Positions 11,677-24,306 of a stretch of DNA of 64,000 nt are shown here, piece by piece. Origin of the DNA: Oikopleura dioica (lineage: Eukaryota > Animalia > Chordata); the NCBI GenBank assembly GCA_907165135.1, contig OU015566.1, positions 4,402,001-4,466,000 on the forward strand. The letters are read 5' to 3'. Position numbers and translations under genes: made by a program. Every line of letters begins with the position of its first letter. Position 1 is the first letter of the stretch. Below the pieces are notes generated by a model. That model saw only the letters and a program-made list of their open reading frames with translations, made no database searches and was not told the origin of the DNA.

Positions 11677-12850
11677 AATGTGATTTTTTTTAATTGATTC
11701 ATCATAAAATGATAGAAGTAACGCGACAATTTCATTATCATCACTGAGTCTGCTGATTGCGGTCTGATTTGCAACTTTCAGGTGAAGACAAAGGTTGTCC
11801 TGTTATGTCTTTTGTACGGTTATTGACAGTGGATCCTTGACAAGACCACCGCAATTTTCTTATATTGTTTTAAATAGTTTTAACCGATTTTTGAATAAAT
11901 TCTTGAGTATAAACACATAATAAGAGACGAAATGAAAAAACAGTATCGTGGACTCTACGGATGCTTTCCGAATTATGACATCGTTTACATTGATAACGAA
12001 GAGCCTTCGTAATGGATGGTTTAATTATGAGAGTCGCTTAATTCTCAATTAAAGTCCTAATAAACTATTCCCGGAAAAGTTAATCAAGAAGAAAAAAGGC
12101 TCCGCTTTACTGAGAGGGGATCGTAATTCGGTTGTCATTAAATTGTGCATTTGATGTTTGTAAAACAAGCGTGAGTACTCCTCTTCGCTGGGAGGAGGTT
12201 TTGGGAAGAGTTTCATCAGTTTTCCCCTTTTTCTCTTTTTCTCACTTCTCACAATGACTGTTTTCCCTCAGTTTCAATCAGAAACAACTCCAAAAATAGA
12301 ACGAACCGAAAATGAATCACAAGAAACAGCAATATGAAAATTTACCATGTCATCTCAGCGTCGGAGCGGTAGTTAACAGGCGCCATTATTCTATCTGAAT
12401 AAAAATTTAATTTAACCGTTAATTTCTTAAAATTTTGTTACAGTCTTCGAATAAATTAACAGTTTTCTCTTAATTTTTTTTAAATTTGGCGGCAGGCGGA
12501 AAACATCGGATTTCGAAGATTTTAATCGCGTGCGCGCGATCTAAAAATGAATCAGAAGCCTTTCGAAATTTTGTGACAGTCTTCCTTGATTTCAAAGCTC
12601 TCGGATTCGAAATTTAATCTTTTTATGCGTCTACTAATCCATTACCAATTTTTGGTTTCCACACATCTTATCAAAAACCTGATAAGAGCAATTTTTCGAT
12701 AAGTCCAATTTTCAAATGCGATTTTGGGGCTGAAGGAGTCGAGAAAGATTCCCAAAACAAGAGGCCTCGAAATGGTACAAAGAAGGAATCGACATTTGAA
12801 GAGTTTATTATTTCATTTCATTATTTTCCTATGTACAGAATAAAACCTTT

Positions 12851-15800
12851 TTAGAGCTGTCTGCTTCGATCAAGACTGAGCAACTCTCGAGGAATCTCGT
12901 TGAAACTGCACTGATCAACTAATTTGGGTACGTCCGTCATTCGGCGCCAGAAGTCCAAAAGTTGATCCGGTGTTACGCTGTGAAAAGTGACCAATTGGAG
13001 CAAATCGCAAAGAGCATTTTCAGATCTTCGTTCGCCCCAGCTTTTGAAACCGCGATTATTTCGAAGTTTTCCTAGATTAAAAAATTATATTGAAATTGTT
13101 TATTAAATTCAATTAATTTATTTTGAATAAAACTATTCATTTATTAATTATTCTTTAAATAATAATTTTTTTGTAATTTATTAAGAATTTTCAATATTTT
13201 AAAGATTTTATTAAAATATTTAAAAATCAATAATAATTAATATGTTAATAAATATATTTATTAATAAAGAATAATATTAATTATTATTTTAATAATTTAA
13301 TTATTATTAATTATTATTATTATTAAATTATTTAGATTTTTATCAGAATTTTCAACCGTTAGAACCTGATAAGCCAAGTTTATTCATCGCCAATCCGATG
13401 AGAGCATCATCGACAGAAATCGGCTGCATCTTCATCAATTGCGAATGAAGCGACTTCGCTGTCTTCCTGGAAAAACAAAGCCGCCGCCGGAAGGGTAAGC
13501 CGGAAATCGAGCGGGAGGATACTCTTCTTCGGAAATGTAGTACTTGCTTTCAGGGTCTCTCACTGGCTCCCCTCCTCGAAGAATCGAGCCGATCAAAAGC
13601 TCGGAATCAGCCTTTTCTTTGTACAAATCCAGCAGTTCATCGAGCAAAAAGCGGTTGAGAAAAATGTCGTCATCGCCCTTGAAGACGAATCTGAAAATGA
13701 AATAGTGTCACGGGTTAAGTCGAAAATCGGGCTAAGGCGATTTACCTGCTTTGGTAGCTACACGTCGCCAACCACGTGAGCAACAGCGCGTCCTGAAAAA
13801 TTATGAAGAAGAGGAAATATGTATATGAAATGACAGTAAATTTAATCCGAAAATGCGTTGAACCCCGAAATAAATAATAAATAATTATGCGGTAACGTGT
13901 GCTCCTTAGCTGGTTCGGTAATTAATGAAATCAAAATAAAGCTCGATTCAGTTCGATTTCCGGGAAAAATGAGGAAAAGGGTCTGTTTGGAAAAATAACA
14001 AAAATGTGTTTTATGAAAATTATGACATGAGCGAGAGTCTGTTTTTGATTGATGTAACGAAGTGTTTTCGAATCTTGTTCACTTTGATCGAATAGAAAAA
14101 TACAATTAGGATGTAAGAAGTTAAAATAGAACCTTTTTGACCTTTTTTAATTTTAACCTTTTGGCATGAGTTTTCACGAAAAAATATAAACGTGACAAAA
14201 AATGTTTGGTTTTGAGTCGAATCTGGCTGGGTTAGGGTTAGGGTTATAAAAGTGGAAATTTTCAACGAATCAAAAGCCTGGATTCAGCTCACGGACCAAT
14301 CAGAAGCCGAAAAACCGCCCACGAAAATTTGTCGGGCCAACCCGGTTTTTTCTATGGAAAATCTTTAAAATTTACCTTTTGAGATAGATTTCTAAACGTA
14401 TCAGCAAAGTTGCCCACCAAAAGATCCCCCGACTTCGCCGCTTCCTCCTTTAGCAAGGTCAAGTCCCTGTCACTTTGAGGATGCACGTCTCGTCCGACCA
14501 AAAACACCAGTTGCGCCCTCCTCGTCGGAAACAGCGTCTTAATCAAGTTTAGAACTCTTTCCGGCCAATTTAGCATGTTCAACGCGAGAAAAAACGAACC
14601 TGGTTTCCCCAAGTCGCTCTGATCGCTTCTCTCCGTTCCAAATTTTTCGGGGAAGACTTTATCGCAAGCGTCAATTCCAGCTGGCCGCCGATTCCCGATT
14701 CCAGCGCCTCGCCCCCGCCACAAGTCGGCGAAATCAAGGCGCCCGAAGAGCTCCATGTCTGAACGATTAGCTCAATTAGAGAATTTTTTATGCGTTTTTG
14801 TTCGATGAAATTTTTCATGTTACAATTGATTTTTGAAAATTATAAACGTGCGCGAATTCTGTGGAAATCCCCTAATCTGTCCGCAGATGATCCTCGATGA
14901 TCCCTTTTTCTTATCTAGAATCAGTCTTTAATGACCATGCTTGCTCTGGGCTCGGCAACCTGTGGTTCTGACGAGCAAAAACGAAAAGCCGCGAAGCGGC
15001 TTTTTTAATAAACGAAGCCGCAAAGCGGCTTCGCCAGTCTAACAAAAGGAACAAAAATATTTATGTTGCGAAGCCGCTCCGCGGCTTCGTTCTTAAAAAA
15101 AGCCGCTATGCGGCTTTTAGTTTATTTATTTCATACTCTTATCCTTTTTAAAAACTGGCGAAGCCAATTCGCGGTTTCGTTCTAAAAAAGCCGCTACGCG
15201 GCTTTTCATTTTTCTATTTTTTACCCTGACTCAGGTTTTCTTTACAGGTTGGCGAGTCCAGTCTTTTGGACGGAAAATTAGATTTTCGAGATAAGCTCTT
15301 TTTTTGGGCAACATCGGCTTGGGCGTTTTTTATTAGATTTAGATATAATGCTCTTTTATAAGAAGTGCCAGGTAAAAATACTTGTTTTCGTAAACTGCTG
15401 ACTACGTGTGTTCTGAAAAAGGCCACGGGTTCGACCGCAACTAGCCTACCCAGCGGTTGCTCATCTGCGCAACGCCAATTATATTCACACAAATTATGCG
15501 CATCGGCTTGTTGGTTTTGAAAACAAATATTTTTATCTCCGAAAAGGGATATTCCCCAGAAAAACATTTAATTTCATAATTATCGAAACAAAAATAGATA
15601 ATATAAATAATATTTTTAATTAAATTTATCTGTATTAAAAATAAATAATTTTATTGATTAAATTTTTTTTTAATTATTTTTCTAAAATAAATTATTTGAA
15701 TCATTTTTAATAATTTATTTAATTTTTTATTAAAAAAAATAATTTATTAAATTTGCCCGAAAATACCCCCGAATCGGGCGCCCCGATTTCAAATTTAAAA

Positions 15801-16103
15801 GCCTTTACCTTCAAAAAATCGTGAGTCAAGTCATTCTCCGTCGCCTGCGTCAGCAAACCTCTCCCTTCAGATTTCTTGTCAAAGTTGAAAGCATCCGACA
15901 AGTGCCATTGAGAATATCTGTTTTTGAGGATGACGCGAGTTTCAAGTAAAAAAGCGACCTTTTGCCCAGACAAGAGATTTTCTTTCTAAGCCAAAATCGC
16001 TTGTCAACAAAGTTGCTTTATCCTCTTTCCTGTCAAAAATGCACAAAAAAGTGATGCCAAAAAACAGCGCTATCGAAAGATTTAACAAAGGGTTCGTCAT
16101 CAT
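12851..16103 (-). CDS. GT31 beta-1,3-galactosyl/GlcNAc-transferase (B3GALT/B3GNT family) with an apparent 1-nt frameshift
   Basis: AIKSSPKNLERREAIRATWG, DLLVGNFADTFRNL, FVFKGDDDIFLN (DxD), PVRDPESKYYIS, YPSGGGFV, ISVDDALIG and HSVTPDQLLDFWRRM. The catalytic exons (14764-12851) are secure. The type-II TM N-terminus (MMTNPLLNLSIALFFGITFLCIF, from 16103) and stem exons are inferred. Confidence 0.85.
14946..15261. mobile_element. C(A/T)GGGCTCGGCAACC-TIR MITE family, long copy
   Basis: CTGGGCTCGGCAACCTGT ... ACAGGTTGGCGAGTCCAG, with internal AAGCCGC/GCGGCTT hairpins and CCTGACTCAGG. No TSD recognised. Confidence 0.8.
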
Positions 16104-17231
16104 CAGATTTTCGGATTTTCGGATTTTCGGATTTTCTTGTTTCTCGGCTTTATTTTCGTTTTTCTCTCTTTTTTTTCCGTTTGTTATTTTTAATCAGGAG
16201 ATGTTGATCCGTTAATTATCATGTTTGGCGCTGAACATCGCCGATTTCGCTGTCTTTTTTCTTCACTTTTGATTTCACTTGTTGATTCGTTCGGCCGTCG
16301 CGGCTGCGGAACTGAAAATGCTTGAACAGCGCCCCACCACCGTGCGAGCCCGATTCAAGGACTCCGAATCCGGCGGAACACAAATCGTGTTTTACAATTT
16401 TCTACGATTGTTAAAAACCTTTTTTTTTGTCAAGAAAAAGAACTATAATACACCACGTTTTTTTCTATCAAAGAAAAATTCAGTGCTTTTTTTAAAGTTT
16501 TTTCTATAAACTGACCTTCAAAAAATGTTGACTAAAGAATATGATAAAAATGACCTTGTCTACATAGTATGTAGTACATACGATTATCTTTGCGTCATTT
16601 TTCGAGTCAATTAGAACTTATCGTATTTTCATACTTCGAGATAACAAGAATGACACGCAATAGTAGCTCACAGCCGTTTTAGATAATAATAATTCCTCTA
16701 ATCTTCATTATTATAGAAATTAACGCATTAGAGCCTAATCAATCTTCTCCTAGAGCCAGATGAGTGCATTGTTTGCTATGGGTATAAAATTTCATCTATA
16801 TAAAATAATACGTTCTTGAAAAAGTAACAAAAATTATTCTTTTTATGATTTTCTCTTCTTTTTTCTAGGGGTTGAATTTTATTTGTTCTTTCAGTTTTTT
16901 ATATTTTCTTTGGAATTGGGATTAAGGACGCGGATGTCGTTCAAACCATCGTACTTGGAAAATCTCGACTAATCTTAAATAGTAGTCGGTCTCGTCCATT
17001 TTTCTAAGTGGAAGCAATTTCTAAACAAAACTTGAAGTTTTCCCGCCATTGGCAATTCTAGCCGCGCATCTGCTGATAACGTTGGCAGCAATCTATTAGC
17101 CAAGCTATTTATTAATTCTGCTTTCCAAAAAAGAAGGAAACATGAAGAAACTATGCCTCTATCAGCACGTGCTCTGTCATAATGGATATCTAGAATGCCA
17201 AAAATCAGGTTCTCAAGCTCAAATGCTCAAA

Positions 17232-17395
17232 TGAAAAGCCGCGGAGCGGCTTTTTAAATAACGAAGCCGCGAAGCGGCTTCGCAAAGATTTAATCAAGGA
17301 GGTAAATTTTTATGTTGCGAAGCCGCTTCGCGGTTTCGTTTTTAAAAAAGCCGCTACGCGGCTTTTCATTTTTAGTCTCTAGAACCTGACTAAGT
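17232..17395. mobile_element. Internal fragment of the same MITE family (no TIRs seen)
   Basis: aaaagccgcggagcggc...gaagccgcttcgcggtttcg...aagccgctacgcggcttttcattt...cctgactaagtttt aligns with 14985-15240. Confidence 0.75.
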
Positions 17396-17642
17396 TTTTA
17401 AATGACTCCTTACGGTAATAATAAGCTGCTATAATCGTTATCTTGGTAGTTGAAAATTTTCCGCTGGTAGCTGGAAATTATAAAAAATTGGCTTATCTTC
17501 GCTAATTTTGTGGCGCTGGGTTGTGTTGTCAGCAGTGTTGTGAGTTGGTGGTGCTGCGATAGGATCAGGCGCCATATAAAATGATGCCCGCGCCTTGGTA
17601 AATTCGTAACTTCGTGTTGACTACGAGAAGACAAGCAGAGAG

Positions 17643-18889
17643 ATGAAATCCTCGTCCTTTGCGCTCCTCTTTTTCTCCGTAAGTTTTTTTTTTGAAGAGA
17701 TTGATGATTTTTTTCACGTGAATTTTCAATCAAAAAAATTCTCGTCGTTGAATAATTCTTTTGAATTTTGAATTTTTGCATAATCAAATTTTTCATCTGA
17801 AAATTCTAGAATGGCCCTTCTGCCAATGCCTTTTCTGGCGATGGCTCTGGAGAAGAACCGTGCGAGTACGTCTTTGAAAACTCGACTGAAATCATCTGCG
17901 ATCCGATGGAACGCGGAGTCAGAATTTCAAAATGCGGCTTGGAACCGACTCCTTTCACGATCGACGATCTCTACATGGAGAGCACCGCTTGCAGGGCTGT
18001 CGACGGCGACGACGGCTGGTACTACTTTCTCGTGGACAACACCGACTGCTCTGCGAATAGAAACGTCAACGACACTCACATCAGCTATTCCGCCGCGATC
18101 ATGGGCTCCGTCGGCGCCACGGTCAACAACAAAATCAGCCGCGTCCGCAACTTCGGGCTCGACTTCACCTGCGATCTCTTGGTCGACTACGTCATCAGCG
18201 CCATTCCAGTGACAGCAAAACTTCATTTCATAGAAATGGAAGTTGATGAGAATTCTGGAAGCTTTCCTGTTTCGATGGCGATTTATGAAGACGAATCTTT
18301 CAGTGCCGAAAGAGCTGGTAAGAAGTTGTCTTCAACGATTTCCATTTGCTTTTTTTTTTCAAGATGGTGATGTTGTCACTGTTCCCGATCCAGTTCATCT
18401 CGCCGTGCATGTCGACAACCAGAGCAGCCTCAACATCGTCACTCAGCTCGTCAACTGCTGGGCGACTCCTGAGTAAGTCCATTTGAAATGGACCATTTCC
18501 TCCTTTTCCCTTCCCCAATCCCCTTTTCAGCAACAACGCAGACAACCCGATCCGATTCCCCTTCATCGAAAATTCCTGTGGCCTCGACTCCGAGCTCTAC
18601 GAATATGAAACATTGGAAGTTCTAGCTAATGGAGAAGCAACTTCTGCACGATTCGCCATTGACTCTTTCCTCTTTGATGCCTCGGAAGAATCACCCGGTA
18701 AAATCGGCCTTTTTTCTCTAGAAATTAATTTTTTCAGTCTTTTTCCACTGCGAAGTTCGCTTGTGCGACGCTGATATTGAAAACTGCGTGCCCGACTGCT
18801 CCACCGACGCTGGGAGAAAAAGAAGATCAGCCGACGATTCTAATTCCGCTGTGCTTTCTAGCAAGCCTGTTACTATCCGCCGCCACTAA
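17643..18889 (+). CDS. Secreted zona pellucida (ZP)-domain protein
   Basis: Signal-peptide exon MKSSSFALLFFS (17643-17678). ZP-N and ZP-C cysteine pattern (NCWATP, FIENSC, FHCEVRLC...NCVPDC), a DGSGEE motif, and a furin site RKRR near the C-terminus. No TM anchor. Confidence 0.88.
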
Positions 18890-19131
18890 ATAAAGAAAAA
18901 TTCCTGTAATGAAAGTTTGATATTTGTTGATTTATTTAAATGCAGGGACATGTAAAACAGCTGAACGGAGTTTCTCAGTCCACTCATTTTTCATGAGGTT
19001 TGAAAGTCGGTAATTCGTTGATTCTGACGGTAACTCGCTAAATCTCAAGTATGGAAAGGCAAAACCTTCATTGAGAAAAAAGAGAAGAAGAAACTTGAAA
19101 TCGATCGGACTCATGAAAATTTTTCGATTTT

Positions 19132-21736
19132 TTATTTATTTTTTCTTTTTATAGAAAAAAGCCTTTTTGCAAAGAACAACGGAAAAGCCAGCATCAAAAC
19201 TTGCACAGCGATGAAAAAATAGAAAACAGCGATAAATCCTTCTTTTCCAAATTTTTTCGAAATTTCTTGAAAGCCAAAAGTGGACAAGCTTTTGAGATTT
19301 TAAGATATTTTGTTCGCAAATAAAAAAAACCTGGTGATTCCAAGAATAAGTCGTTTGATGCCAATCAGGAAGCCATAGTACTTTTCGTCGAAAAGAAATC
19401 TGCAGATAACAGGAGCGAGCGCGAATACCCACGCATCGAAAATTCGCAGCAAGAAAATTATCGACAGAAGATTTTCTTCAGTGAAAGAAAGCTTTAACGG
19501 AGTTATGAGCCGGATGTAATGATATCAATGTTATGAAAATAATTTTTAAGTGTTATCTTGTTGAACTCTAGCTGAAGAATATTCATTGTGATTCCAACAA
19601 TAAGATTTAAAATCACGAAAATCAGACACCCAAGAAGTTTGCCAAAATGAGCAGGTCTAGATTTAATGCATTTTCCGAGAGCATCAGAGATACATCCACA
19701 TGGCAGCGTGAAAAATGCCGCTGTCCAAGCGAAATTGCCAAAGTCGTCAACATGTTTTTGGTAGGAATCTTTGGCGACGAGTCTTGTGTAAGCGTTCCAG
19801 GTCATGACGCAAAAGAGCAGGTTGAAATTTGCTTGGACGATCCAAACAACAAGGAGGATATAATTTATATCAGAGCACTGTTTTCTTATATCCTTAAGGG
19901 GGTAGATGTCAAGAATCGGACTTCCTGTCAGTGTTTTTTCAAATTTTTAACATAATGACACCCTTATTTTTTTTTTTGCTTAAAATTTATTTCAGGCAAT
20001 TATCTCTTTCCTATGGAAGCCAAAAATTGAGATTTTTTAGCTTTCGAGGTGCTACAATGGAAACCGGGCACCTTCGATTGCCGGCAAAATGACCACTTTA
20101 GGAAAAAAAGCGATCTTTGACGAAAAATTTTGTGAAAAATTTTTTTGAAATTCAAAATTTCGGCTTTCAAACCAGGGTTCGGTATTTTGAATTCGTCGAA
20201 AAATTCGCCAATACACGCAGCGAATATGCTCTTTTCTTAAGCGAATGAGCGATTGTTCGCGAATCGCCTATTCGGGCGAATATTCGCTCGAAATTGAGCG
20301 TACAGCCCTGGATTGGCTGAACTCCAGGGCCGCGGGTGAGAAAAGGGTGGCGCCCGCGAGCTATAAGGTTATTTAGGCGGTGAAGATAAAATTATAGGCT
20401 GCGCAACGTCAAAGCCCGACCAATCAGAGCGCGCGGCAAAGCGAATGTTTGAGAAATTCGCTGAATTTCTGAAAAATTCTCCGAGAAAATTCGTTTTCAT
20501 TCGCTTTGAATATTCGCTCATTAGAGAATATTCGTAAACGAATAAATAGAAAATTCAAATGAAAAACGAATAATTTCGCGAATTCAAAATACCGAACCCT
20601 GTTTCAAACGAAAAAGAAAAAGGTCCAAAGTTTTTGTTTCCGTAGTAAAATAACTTATTTTAAATAAGGGTGTCACTATTTTAACTTTGGGAAAAAAGTC
20701 TGACGGAAAATGGCGATTCTTGATATCTACCCCCTTAAACTTGATCTTTTCTTTCTCGATCAAATATTCTCTGTGCACTTCGCTCCAAGTGGACATTCTT
20801 CGCTTGTTGATCCTTGTGTCCTTCTTCTTAATTCTCCCAACCGTCTGCCCGACAATGCTCCTGGAAAAACTCGAAACGTCGCTCTTAAATCTGATGACAG
20901 GGAAGAGAAAAAATGTTCGCAGCCAAACTGGAATCGTCCAAAAGATATTTATAAGGATAACCCAATTGTAGGCAAGGCCATTTTTGAAGAGAGTCGCTAA
21001 AACGCGAAAATACGACCATCCAGCGAGGTAGAAAAACTCGACGAAACTCATCACGAAAGCGCTGATATTCGGGAACAAAACAGACATGAGCGAGTTTGTG
21101 AGGACGAATGAGTAGGTTCCACTAGAATATAGAAAGGTTGCTACGTTTTCGGCTCGAAAAATCTGGTTAAAAATCAACTCTATTAAAAATTTAACTAATC
21201 ATTAAACAAATTTTTTAAATAAATTTTATAAATCAATTATTATTTATTATCAATATTATTGAAATAATAAAATATAATTAATTTAAAAAATATTTTAAAA
21301 ATTTAAAAAATTTTTTCGGCCGTTTCTAGAAAAATCAGCCAGTTGGCTTGCGGCGTGAATAGAAAACACAAGAGTCCAATAGTCACTGCAATGGTGAGTG
21401 CTACTCTTGCCATAAACACCCCATATTTTTCAATCATCACTCCAACAAAAATAACACAAATGCTGTTCGAGAAGGTGCCGATGATCCCAGCCAGAGAAAA
21501 AAGGCTATCGCGCTCTTCGCAATTGATGATCTCATTTGTCATTGTCGTCGAGTTCGAAAGCGTGTCACAAGAAGATTCAAAGACTTTGAGCGATTTCAAG
21601 ATTTCAACAAGATTTGGCCATCCTAAAAAAATGGTTAGTTTTGTTGGCGAAAGGTGGACTCACCGTAAATAGTTCCGAAAAAGGCAAAGCCTTCAATGGG
21701 CAAAGTAAAAATGAGCAAATAATTTGAAAGAGTCAT
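19132..21736 (-). CDS. SLC43A: MFS transporter of the SLC43 (LAT3/LAT4/SLC43A3) family
   Basis: GFAFFGTIYGWPNLVEILKSLKVFESSC, multiple TM helices, FGVMIEKYG motif A-like region, and C-terminal YYGFLIG. The frame runs through the TTAA-element insertion once it is spliced out. Confidence 0.75.
19898..20734. mobile_element. Kolobok-like MITE (837 bp) inserted in SLC43 coding sequence and forming an intron
   Basis: TTAA|GGGGGTAGATGTCAAGAATCG ... CGATTCTTGATATCTACCCCC|TTAA with about 75-bp imperfect TIRs. The empty site restores K-F-K-D-I-R-K-Q-C. Confidence 0.9.
20173..20601. mobile_element. hAT-type MITE nested in the Kolobok-like MITE
   Basis: Perfect 8-bp TSD TTTCAAAC (20165-20172 and 20602-20609), 23-bp TIR CAGGGTTCGGTATTTTGAATTCG, and many CGAAT/ATTCG subterminal motifs. 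Confidence 0.93.
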
Positions 21737-22179
21737 TCTCTGATACTATTTGATTCAAATGCTGTGTCTACTCGCGATTAAATAGGTCACATAGAATCGA
21801 TGATGCTCATTATCACGACCGAGACTTTGACTTTCACACCTTTGATCATCGTTTTTAGAGAGGTCACAATAAAATAGTTATTAAAGATCATTTTCTATCA
21901 TTCTGTGGTTATCAAAAAAAGCTTACTAGCACTTTTTCTTGCAACCCTGGCGGGAAGCAATAAATAGAAAATTGATGGTCACTCCTGCTGACTAAAAAAC
22001 CTGCTGATTACCCCGTTTTGGTACAAAAATGATGCTTCTTCCGATATCAAGAATCTCCAAAATCTGTCTTTTCTGTTCATTTTCAAAAGATTTGTAAGAA
22101 TCAAAATTCTATTTGAAGAAAAATTGACGAATAAGGCAAATAAGTGGCGCGAAGCAAATTACTCCGAAAATTACTAAAA

Positions 22180-23719
22180 ATGAGATTTTTGCTATCAACT
22201 TTTTTCTTTTCTTCGTTTGCAGCAGTTTGTACGATAGAAACAGCCAAATACACAGTGAATGCGATTTTGGGCAAAGATGGAGAGTGCGACTTTGAAAATA
22301 GAGAAATCGAAGAGATCGTCGATTACAGCTTTCCTAGTGGACTGACATCCTTAAATTTAAGGTGCTGACTTTTCGTAATTGACAACGAGACTAATATTTT
22401 TAAGATTCAACAAATTGACGAGCTTAAATTTAACGCAAATGGAGCTGAAACTTGAAAAACTCGATGTCAGTTACAACGAACTCTCCTCCCTCGATGAAGT
22501 CGACCTCTCATCGCTAGAATTTCTCGACGTATCTTCCAACAACTTAACCTGCATCGACTTTCAAGAGCTTCCGAAGAATATTCTTCTTCATAAAAATCCA
22601 ATAAGCTGCGATTGGGAAACGCTGAAACCTTACTTTGATTTTTCTCCCGATCGAAGGAGCAGAAAAGGGATCGAATTTGTCTGTGAGACGCCTGAAGAAC
22701 TCGCGGGAAGATCGATCAGTTCGTTGACAAAGCAAGATATTCAGGATCTTTCATCGAGTTGCAAAGAAAACGAAGAAGATACCATCAGTCCGGATGAGTT
22801 CTGCAGGTAAAACAAAAGAAACCACCCTTATTTCATGAATTCAGCTAGGGTGTAGGGCGGCCACGTTCGCAATTTGCGAACGCCGTTCGTAATTTTGCGA
22901 ACGGCGTTCGCAATGAAATAAAATTGTGTCTTGAGGATGCACTTCGTGCATTTTCTGGTAGAGAACTCATTAGGTTGGCAGGAGCAGTCTTTCTCTACCG
23001 CTGGGACACATTTTGAGAAAAGAAGAACTCGATTTTCGACCGAGATTTTTTCGATTTTGCGAACGCCGTTCGTAAATTGCGAACGCCGTTCGCAAAAAAG
23101 CCTTTGCGAACGAGGCCGCCCGCCACCCTTCAGCTACATTGGAGTCATTTTCGTGGGAATAACCTGCACTCTTGTTTCGATGACTGGTCTTTTCGCCTTC
23201 ATCACTTACCGGTAAGACCTCTTTATTCTTCGTCATCCTCAAATCCCTAGAAATCGCAACTCTCCGTTCTGGTCCCTCATCGATTCTTCCGACCAACCCG
23301 GCCTTTTCGACATGAATTACGATGGCGATAGAGACAGTTTGGCTCTGTAAAACTACTGTAGAAAAAAATTCATCACCATATCTGCCATAGCCTCATATTA
23401 AAGATGCGATTCTGCTTTTCTAGAATGCTAGAGTTCAGGAGTTGAAAAAGTTATTGCAAAGTTTGAAAGAAAGAGAGTATCGTCGCGTTTTTTCGCTGAA
23501 AGGAGCTATCGAAATCATGAAAATCTACTACAACCGAGCTGGAAATCGTCAGAGAAAACTGTCTCTTCAGAAGCACAAGGTATGGAATCCTCATTGATCA
23601 TGGTGGGGAATTTCTAGTTCGATTTGAACCAAGCTGGGACGATTTGGAAGAGCGCAATGAGAATGCATCGTGCTTTGCTTAACGGCGATTTTACTGTTTT
23701 AGATGAAGGAAGGTTATAA
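22180..23719 (+). CDS. Type-I membrane leucine-rich-repeat protein
   Basis: Signal peptide, LxxLxLxxN repeats (LTSLNLRFNKL, LEKLDVSYNEL, LEFLDVSSNNL), LRRCT (NPISCDW...FVCETPEELAG) and TM YIGVIFVGITCTLVSMTGLFAFITY. The cytoplasmic exons after 23250 are tentative. Confidence 0.82.
22847..23129. mobile_element. MITE inserted at the 3' splice site of an LRR-gene intron
   Basis: 26-bp TIR AGGGTG(TA/GC)GGGCGGCC(A/T)CGTTCGCAA, flanking TCAGCT duplication, and internal TTGCGAACGCCGTTCG repeats. Confidence 0.85.
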
Positions 23720-23924
23720 AGCCCTTTTTTTAACAGAGAATTTGTTGCTCGGAAATAACTGAAAAAAGAACGGCTTTCTGCATCTGAAGAAATCGACTCA
23801 AAGAAAGTGAAAAAACATGAAGAGAAATAAACCCTCTGCATATTGAGGAAAGACGAATTTGTGTATCTGTGAGTCCCTGTATTGTTTCTTTTTCTTTCTT
23901 TCCGATATTCGGAAAAACAGGTTT

Positions 23925-24058
23925 TTTTTTATACTGCTACAAAATGGTGGAGCACTTTTCACTACCTTAAACTCAACATTTTTTAGTTCTCTCTTTTGTG
24001 TCATGTAGAGAAAGGTCTGTAGTGTGTTAAATAAGCTTTTGGTGCCATCAACATCATT
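23925..24058. repeat. Solo arm of the foldback family at 48.7-49.3 kb
   Basis: The reverse complement matches accaaaagcttatttaaca...acagacc...caaaagagagaa...gctccacca at 49138-49260. Confidence 0.7.
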
Positions 24059-24306
24059 CAAGTCAAGCGGCGCAGTTTAATAAATAAATAATTTTAAAGA
24101 TGAAAAAGCAGCTCGATGAGTTTTTTTTTGTTGTTAAATTTGAATCTGGGCATGAATTCAATTTTCTATTTTTTTTTTGTGTTCTTGCTCGTAGAATCGT
24201 GTAATTACTAATTATTAAGGAGGTAAATCGAGAAACAGTCACTCAAGATACGGAAAGTTTTGTTCGCTAAGTTTGGAGTGTTTTGGAAGATTGCGAGAGA
24301 GAAGAG

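Noticed and set aside
11700-12360. Possible gene (ORF 12049-12252)
   Set aside because: No coherent exon chain or recognisable motif could be built.
23250-23719. Toll-like receptor TIR domain after the LRR-TM
   Set aside because: No TIR box 1 or box 2 motifs are recognisable in the cytoplasmic exons.
23798-24061. Paralogous small proteins at 23.8 kb and 49.1 kb (TKSLFN.LQT...QKRELK)
   Set aside because: The similarity is at DNA level within arms of a foldback repeat and is not evidence of coding.
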